Shown here in pieces: positions 56,070 to 64,000 of a stretch of DNA of 64,000 bases. Both the position numbers and the translations under genes were made by a program. Source of the stretch: Euprymna scolopes (Eukaryota); the NCBI GenBank assembly GCA_053919585.1, contig CM132791.1. One strand, given 5' to 3'. The notes below the pieces were generated by a model that ran no database searches, was not told the origin of the DNA, and saw nothing but the letters and a program-made list of their open reading frames with translations. How positions within the stretch are numbered: position 1 is the first letter of the stretch; the number at the start of each line of letters is the position of its first letter.

Positions 56070-56313
56070 GATTGCTGTATTGAAATGAAATAACATTTAT
56101 TTATGTGAAATGATTGCTGTATTGAAATGAAATAACATTTATTTATGTGAAATGATTGCTGTATTGAAATGAAATAACATTTATTTATGTGAAATGATTG
56201 CTGTATTGAAATGAAATAACATTTATTTATGTGAAATGATTGCTGTATTGAAATGAAATAACATTTATTTGTGTGAAATGATTGCTGTATTGAAATGAAA
56301 TAACATTTATGTG
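56070..56313. repeat. 42-bp tandem repeat, ~5.7 copies
   Basis: ATTGCTGTATTGAAATGAAATAACATTTATTTATGTGAAATG. Confidence 0.95.
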
Positions 56314-56427
56314 GTTAAGAAACATTAATTCAAATCATTCCAAAGTTAAGTTTTTTTGCAATGAGTGTTCATTAGGCAGGCTTAGCTAAATGAGGGTCTC
56401 GTGAAAAGAGCATGAAGCTTAAGATTT

Positions 56428-56521
56428 TTACTGATTTTTATGGTGAGAGTACCACACATTACTGATTTTTATGGTGAGAGTACCACACATTACTGATTTT
56501 TATGGTGAGAGTACCACACAT
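56428..56521. repeat. 31-bp tandem repeat, 3 copies
   Basis: TACTGATTTTTATGGTGAGAGTACCACACAT. Confidence 0.95.
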
Positions 56522-56529
56522 GGTTATTT

Positions 56530-57690
56530 TCTGAAGGGAAGAAAATAGTAAACGATGTAAGCAGAATGCATGCATGTGTGTTCATCACATAAGAAAACAG
56601 TAGTTCAAAATAACATTTAAAGAAGAATTAATTCTAATTCGACATGGTAATGTTCCATGATGAGAATTTAGGTGCATATTTCGCGGCATTCCCAGTGAAG
56701 CTGTTTTATGTCTAAATAAACGGAGTCCGGCGTATATGATGAGAACAGGCAGTAGTGATGTTTATTCATAGAACTGCATCTTGGACTGGTTGAATTTTGG
56801 TGGGTAAAACTTTATATACAGGTGTTCTGAATATTCTAGCCTGTTTGTTGTATCACTGCACATGGAGCGCAACATAGTTCCTTTATCGCAAATTATAATG
56901 TTGTAATCCTGCGTGTTCTGATATCTGTATCGAAACAGTGATTGCTATGAAAATATCTCTACTGAAGATTTGTTCCAGCTGTATGTAGGGATCGCTACAA
57001 GATTCCTAGACGAAAAGTTGGTCTAAGGAGAAAGAATACAATTATTGCAAGTTGATGGCAGTCCGAAAGAAAAGTGACATTGAGTTGCACGGTTGCCTGG
57101 GTACGATGAATTGTGTAATTTCAAAAGAAATGAGCCGCCTGGGTTTGGGATTATGGACATCTGTATCCGTTTGGAGTAAACTGAGGAGCTGAGCGAAAAC
57201 AGAATATCATAGCTAATAATTTCTTGTCATTCATGGCGATCTGTCATAGATCCATATATCTGCAAGTGGGCCTGCAGAGTCCAAGTGCAAGTGAATCTGT
57301 ATTGGTGCATCGGCATAGCATAAGAGTGTGATTTATTTATAAGAAGATCCCTTATGCATACATGAAAATGAACCGGGATTGTTTAAGAATCCGAGGTGCT
57401 TGTAATGAGCTCATTCTGAAGTGGGGGGGGGCAGTATTAAATTCCACACATGCGAAAAATGGTAATATCTCCGATATGTCCTGCATGACCATGGTTGACG
57501 CAAGAACATTTGTCTGCATTGTATTGCGAGTTTCATAGGAAATTTGGCATGAAATAGACATTGATAATCACCACAGGCAACAATATAAGTAAAATTCTGT
57601 TGATTGGAGACTCGTCCAACGTGCTGGCTACAGGACTATTGATCTATAGGAGGACTTGTGTTTGGTACCAATTTGCTGTAGGGAAATCAT
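56530..57690 (-). mobile_element. Possible highly decayed non-LTR retrotransposon
   Basis: Only short motifs (SYRSIVL, YKHLGF) and TE-like composition. Confidence 0.3.
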
Positions 57691-57833
57691 GTTTCATTTA
57701 ATTTTCGATTTTTGAGCGATTATTCACATAAATCGATAATTTTATTGAGACCAGTGTCGATAGTTCATAAAAAGATCCGTGAATATATGTGGTTCATTTA
57801 CTGACATCATATTAGATGATTGGAAAAGAAAGA

Positions 57834-59415
57834 TTAGTTTTGTTCTTTTTTCTTTTTCTTTGAATTGAATAGTCTGCAAGCATGGTGGCATCCCAAATGA
57901 TCTTGATAGCAAACTTTCATATTGCTAATGTCTTGATAGAAGCGCTCCCTTTGCTCGTAGCTCACACCACCTAGATTTTCTGGAAAACGAGCAAGATGGC
58001 TGTGCAAAACATGTAACTTGATGCTCATATTTGCACCTTGTTGATGGAGACTTATGAGTAATGCTTGAAGTTCTTTGTAGTTGAACACTTTTATTTTTCC
58101 CACAAAAAATATTACTACATTCATAAACACTGTCCAGACACTCAATTCTGCAGGATTCATAAGATTACAGAAATTTGCTCATTCATTAAATTTCGAATCT
58201 GGGATCCATCAAAAATTACAGCTTTTAATTTCTCTGTGGTTGGGCCTGGTAATTTCATGCAAATATATTTGAAACAGTCGCCAACTTTCTCAAGAACCTT
58301 CACAAACTGTTTCATGATGCAAAGCTTTATGTGAAGAGGAGGAAATACAACTTTGGAACTAAAGGAGAAGCCAAAACATTGAGAGAGCTAGAAATCAGTT
58401 CACTGCATACAGGCCAATCTTTCTTTATCCCGTGCTGTTTTTGCCCTGCTATCCCACAAACACAAGAAGCAAGGAAATATTGTGTAGCCACCTTGTGGCC
58501 CGAGGAGAAACCTAACCATTTTCAAATCAACACATATGATCCATTGGTGTTGTCTGTATGAAATCTTTTCCACAATAAATTTGATTTCATCATATTTTTC
58601 TTTGAGGATCATTGAATGGCCAAGAAGAACTGATCCATATGTTGCCATTGTGAAAAACATATTTTAAACTTCTTTTGGAACTATCTATAAAACGGTGCCA
58701 ATCTTAAGAATAACATTGTTCAACACCAAACTCCTGCAGCCGACAACATCATTGCAATACCAAAACAGAGTGACTTTCTATCCCTTTTTTGTCCAAAAAT
58801 GCTCAACACATTGCTTGCGTACAATATGGGGTGTCCATGCCTTATCTTGATCACCCATCATTACTTTGAAGTAAGCAAGTTAAGCACGCTTCACAAATTC
58901 ACTGATCCATTTCCTGTTGGATTGCAATGTGTATTGCCCAACAGATATAGCAAAACACATTTGGATTGTTTAAACAATGTCACCTGATGATGTAGCCGTG
59001 CTTAAATTTTGCTTAAAAAATCTGCAATGAAAGTAAAATAATGCAGCTTAATTATTTCCTGATTGACTTATAAATGAATGCCTAACATTTAGAGAATACA
59101 CCTTTTAAAGCAAATCCACCCAGAAATTTATGATGATCCTTTATTTGACAGCATGGGCATGATCTATATGCACTGAGTTCACACTGGAATACACTGGAAT
59201 CAACAAGGAATACTGTTGAACTGGAACCTCCTTCGGTCGGTGCACTAAGTAACCATCTGTCTTGTAACGTCACCTGTTTAGCAAAACACATTTGGATTGT
59301 TGAAACAACGTTTCCTAGGAGATGATGTAGCCATGCTTAATTTTTGCTCTAAAAATTTGCAACAAAAGTCAAATAATTCAGCTTGATTATTTCCTGTCTG
59401 ACTTATAAATGAATT
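57834..59415 (-). mobile_element. CMC-superfamily (Chapaev3-like) transposase remnant with duplicated N-terminus
   Basis: FIDSSKRSLK, ICVDLK, GYTIFPCFLCLWDSRA, PPLHIKL, MSIKLHVLHSH, FPENLG: the C2C/LH/H4H signature. Confidence 0.75.
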
Positions 59416-61593
59416 TTCGGTCGATCAACAGTAACTACTAATCTCTATGTCTTCTGGGAGGCTACTAATCTCAGAGTCACTGTCTGATGGTGGTGCTGCA
59501 ATCCAGAGTGATGCTTCGCTAGATTCTGACTCTGATTCGTTTGTATCGTCTAGTGATGGTTGTGTTACTAACTGTATGTCTTTAACATGACAGGGTGTGC
59601 CATCAACTCGCACCACTTGTGGGCTGATTATTTCAGTGACTCGCCCGACTCCATACCTTGTCGTGCACTTTCTTCACGGGTTTTGATCCACACAACATCC
59701 CCTTTCCTCACTCTCTCTCCGGCTACTTCCAGTTCAGGCAGCGGGTTCGTCTCTCTGCCCTTCACTCTGATGTGATACCTATGCAATGTATCAGCCGGCA
59801 CCGTAGAGGGTGAAACATCATCTTTCGGGGTTACATTGTACAAATAAATTGCCTCGAACACTGTGCAGCCTGATCTAGCCACGATTGTTTTGACGGTTCG
59901 ATGATTCCGTTCAATGATCCCATTTTCACTAGGTACATGGGTGCATCGAAACCTCAGACGTATTCCCCAGTGGTTAGTAAACTTCGCACTCCTGGTTCAA
60001 CCAACTTAGCGAAATATAGGGTCTGCTTGACTCCAGGATGCCCGCTTTGTTGGTGGATTTCCTTAATCCGATTAGATTGACCAGGGATCATAGATGTGGC
60101 ACAGGGAGGTTGCGTAGGTTCAACAGTTCTTTTTATGGCATCAAGCCATCTTTGAGGTACTCTTGTTAAACAATCTACCTTATTTATGCTGGATCTGACC
60201 AGGGACACCTTCATTGGTTGTGCATATTCATTCACCAGGCTCATGATCGTGTTGAGCCGCCGACGGATGAGCATCTCGCTCGTTGCTTTGGTTCATACTC
60301 TTAGCCCGTCCGGTAAGAATGTCTGAAATCCACTTATGGACGCAAGCAGAATCTGTAAATAGTCACAGGGTGTTTATTCCCTTGATCACTGCATCGAGTT
60401 CTGCCAGGTTTATGTATTGGGAGTCCTTTTCTGGGCATAACCAGCAAGCGTCTTCCACTACGGCTCCATCATGGTCCTGGCTGTCAACACACCATCTGCC
60501 TTGTGCTGGATCTTCTTTGTGCACTCTGGTGAGGACCTCTCTGACCATTGTATTGAGGTGGGGGGGCGTCATAAATTTTGTCATCCCATCCGGTGGTGAC
60601 GTCAGAGGCTCTCCATTTGATGAATTCCACTGCAATACGAAGCCAGCCACCCACAGGAAGGTGTCCAACCAACTTTCCGCACAATGAAAATACGTTCTGT
60701 TGCGTGAAAACACAGGGCATACCTGGGATTTCATTGCCTCGTTTCCAACACAGGACATTATCTTCTTCCCAGACCTGCAAACCGAGCACTTTTGCATCAT
60801 CTTTCTGGTTCCACGCTGAGAAGGCCAAAGTTGTGAAGATGTTCTTTTACACGTGTTTCAGGCACAATTTCTTCATCCACATACACATCATCAATATATG
60901 CAGATGTTGTCTGCTGAATGCGCTCATCCTTAGTCAATATAGCGTCAACAATCCTTTGCATAATTGATGGCGCCACATTAAGTCCAAATCCCGTGCGAGT
61001 TAAGCAATACCTTTTTCCCTTGATGAGCACCGTTTGATAGGGCCATAGTGACTGATGTACATGCACTTAAAGGTATGCTTTACGAAGATCCCGCACAGAT
61101 ACATTAGATCCTGCTTGCCGCCATTCCCTCAACTTCTCGGTACGTACATCCGTGCGGGCTGTAAAAGGAGTTACATGCTCGTTTAGTTCCTGATAGTAAA
61201 GTACCGGCCTCAACTTCTGTTTATTATACTGGATAACTGCCATTAATGGGATCAGACACTTTGGGGGGGGGGCCCAATTCCTTCTTCGGATAGAGAACTA
61301 GCCATCCATTTTTTTATCCAAGTCTGTAGTTCCTTATCGTATTCTCCATGAGCTCCAGGTCGATCAACAGGCAAAAATCACACAAATTCTCCCAACTGAT
61401 GTTTCCGCTTCTCAAACGTCAAATGATTTCTCGATCCTCTGCCACCGACAAGTGACCTGTTTTTATAAAGCACGCACACATGATCTTGATTTCTTTCATT
61501 TACAGCCACCATGATGGACTCTTTCTTTCTTTCCTGATGCATGCGACTCACAGGACAGACAGACACGAGGACGTTTGTACAGTAAGCCCCACA
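59416..61593 (-). mobile_element. Deleted Gypsy element (5' LTR, RT, RH, IN) with GAATT TSD
   Basis: FGLNVAP, YIDDV, INLAELDAV, GHPGV; TGTGGGG start at 61593; GAATT at 59411-59415 and 61594-61598. Confidence 0.85.
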
Positions 61594-62499
61594 GAATTCT
61601 TAACATTAAGAGAATAAACTTTACTTTTACCCAGAAATCAACAAAAACATGCTAACATCGTCCTATTTACCAATTTTCTTACCAATTACATACCTCATTG
61701 TATACAAATTTAACTTTTTCTGTAAGGTTTGTGATGTCATAATCAATTAACATCCAACACAATAACAACCTACAAATGAAGCTAGAATGTATATAGAAAC
61801 ACGATTAATATACTGACGTGGCACACACCTATGCTTCACAGTCAAATAAACTATTCTAAAAATAACGATTATGAAGCAAGGAAATATTGTGTAGCCACCT
61901 TTACATAATCCACAGACATATTTATTTCAAGAGAAAAAGTAAAAACTGGAAAAGAAAAAATTATGAGCATGGAAAAGGGAAAACAATAACAGACGAGAGT
62001 AAGAAAGTTAAAGAAATCGAAAGACTGAATAAGTTTGTAAAAAAATAAAACATAAAATATCACGAAGAAGATGCCAGGAATGGGAATGGATAAAGAAGAA
62101 AGAGGAGTGTCGATAGTCGGGTTGCAAAAAGGAAATAAAGACCAACCAATTAGGAAGAAGGAAAGTTTTTAGTCAAGAGTAACTTTAAAGGAGATAATAG
62201 GTTCAAAACACGGAGGCAAAACACCTAATTTGAAGATAACAAAAATAGTAAATATTTCAACAACTTGACCTAATGAGAAAAAATGAATATGATTTTCAGA
62301 ATCAGCACCCCCAAATTAGTCTAAATCAGGGTACCAAAAAGTGTGTTGACCAGTGTAATAATAATAATAATGTAAATGGAGGAAAAACAACAGAAAACCG
62401 AACCTGACAGAAAGAAAGCTTGACTGGAGTAAGATATGGGAAGAACAACAAAATCACAATAGAAATGCTGAAAAAAATGCCGAAAGACATGAAAGAAGA

Positions 62500-63455
62500 G
62501 TTATAGCAAATCAAAGAATCCCTTCTTCGATTTGTTGTAACTCTGACTGAGAGAATGAAATCAGCAAAGAAACCTTCAAGAAAACCCTGTGAAAAATGGC
62601 AAACTGGTGAACACTAGGTCTCAGCAGAATACACACAAAAATTTCATGACACTACATGAAAGGCTAATTCAACCTGAAAAGATGTACCCATGAAGCAGAA
62701 GTGCCAGAATGGATGACCACAGAGAAAACCACACTAGTACAAAAAGACACAGAAAAGGGAACCGCCTCCAGCAACTACAGGCCTATAGCATGCTTATCTG
62801 TCATGTGGAAAATCTATAGCATGCTTATCTGTCATGTGGAAAATCTATAGCATGCTTATCTGTCATGTGGAAAATCTATAGCATGCTTATCTGTCATGTA
62901 GAAAATACTAACAGTACAATCGAAGGAACAAATTTACCACTCCCCTAATAATCAAATGAGGAAAAGAAAGGATACCATAAAAGAAAACAGAGGATTTACT
63001 ATGCACCAATCAAAGATCTTGAAGGAGGTAAAATGTAGAAAAAAGTATATAACCATGGCATGGATCGACTACAACAGGATTCCACAAGCATGAATAATAG
63101 AATGCCTTGGAATGTACAAATTTCCATATATTTACAATTCAATTGAAAATGCAATGGAGACTTGAACTAAATGCTGATAACTGAGGTAAAAATACAAAGA
63201 TGTATCTTCCCTATCACCACTACTGTTCATCATAGCCAATAACAATATACTAAGAAAGTGCCAAGTCAGATACAAATTCACCAATACAGATGAAAGAATG
63301 AACCATCTAATTTATATGGACGACCTGAAACTTTTTGCAAGAACCAAAAAGGAACTAGAGATGCTTATAAAACCAACCAGAATCTTCAGCGAGGATATCT
63401 GAATGGGATTTGTTATGGAAAAGTGCACACTGGTAGTTATGAGAAGGGGAAAACT
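62500..63455 (+). mobile_element. Decayed R4/Dong-like non-LTR RT fragment
   Basis: PEWMTT.KTTLVQKD, NYRPIACLSVMWKI, MAWIDY, NHLIYMDDLKLFA. Confidence 0.75.
62783..62906. repeat. 31-bp tandem repeat, 4 copies, inside the LINE RT
   Basis: CTATAGCATGCTTATCTGTCATGTGGAAAAT. Confidence 0.95.
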
Positions 63456-63459
63456 GGCG

Positions 63460-64000
63460 GCAATGAAAGGAAAGCATCTTTGTTTTAGATGCATTAAAAT
63501 TAACCTACCGCCCATTTCCCCATTGTAACATGTTCTCAAGATCAGAAGAGAGAGACTCAGACATACCTTGGTCATTGCTGGCCTTTGATGCGTTGCCATA
63601 GATGTTAGTGTCATCTGCATAAATGTCTACAAATGATTTAAAAATGTGATTTGGGAGATTATTGATGAAAATCAGGAAGAGAGTTGAACCCAGGATGGAA
63701 CCTTGAGGGACACCAATGATTTCTGCTCATCAGCCACTACTTTTATAAATCTATTAGAGAGAAAGGATTTAATAATTGAGGACATTTCCAGCTATTCCAT
63801 AGCTGGTGATCTTGTAAAGGAAACCTTTATGCCATACTCTATTAAAAGTGTTTGCTATGTTAAAAGCTATTGCTCTAGAAATTAAGCCCCTGTCGAGAAA
63901 TTCATTACTCCTGTGTGATATAACAGTAGTACATCAGCTGTAGATCTTGTAGAATAGAAACGATATTGAATGTCACTGAGCAGATTATGTTTGCTGAGAT
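63460..64000 (-). mobile_element. CR1-group LINE RT fragment; continues off the right edge
   Basis: Homologous to 7920-8455 (VPQGSILGSTLFLIFINNLP, FNASKT). Confidence 0.85.

Noticed and set aside
57176-57215. Plus-strand CUGAGGA-GC-UGA-GC-GAAA
   Set aside because: 2-bp stem II and no credible stems I or III
59419-61370. 13-bp direct repeat as a LINE-type target-site duplication
   Set aside because: No poly(A); the empty-site paralogue places the insertion at GAATT, outside the 13-mers

Overview
AT-rich animal (invertebrate-type) genomic DNA; the species cannot be determined from sequence alone. The only host-gene sequence I can support is two phase-1 exons (23790-23891, 25793-25918, + strand) of an SLC24/NCKX K+-dependent Na+/Ca2+ exchanger, so most of the window is probably intronic. 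Outside those exons it is largely decayed, nested mobile DNA: several Gypsy LTR elements, a solo LTR, two Tc1, a foldback MITE, Penelope-like elements, CR1-, RTE- and R4-like LINEs, and a Chapaev/CMC-like transposon. A 27.4-kb, near-perfect 43-bp satellite (~637 copies) occupies 27671-55062. The most interesting signal is at 19260-19887: a 337-bp tandem unit that couples a tRNA-like Pol III promoter to a complete type I hammerhead ribozyme with a palindromic stem III (retrozyme architecture, predicted to release a 337-nt monomer that could circularise). Three more hammerhead motifs lie at ~4.1, ~9.8 and ~10.6 kb, all antisense to the host gene. Other notable items are covarying -1 frameshift signals in two Gypsy elements and a variant 'barcode' inside the satellite that records multi-kb duplications. 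All calls were made by eye: TE boundaries are approximate and there are three N gaps.
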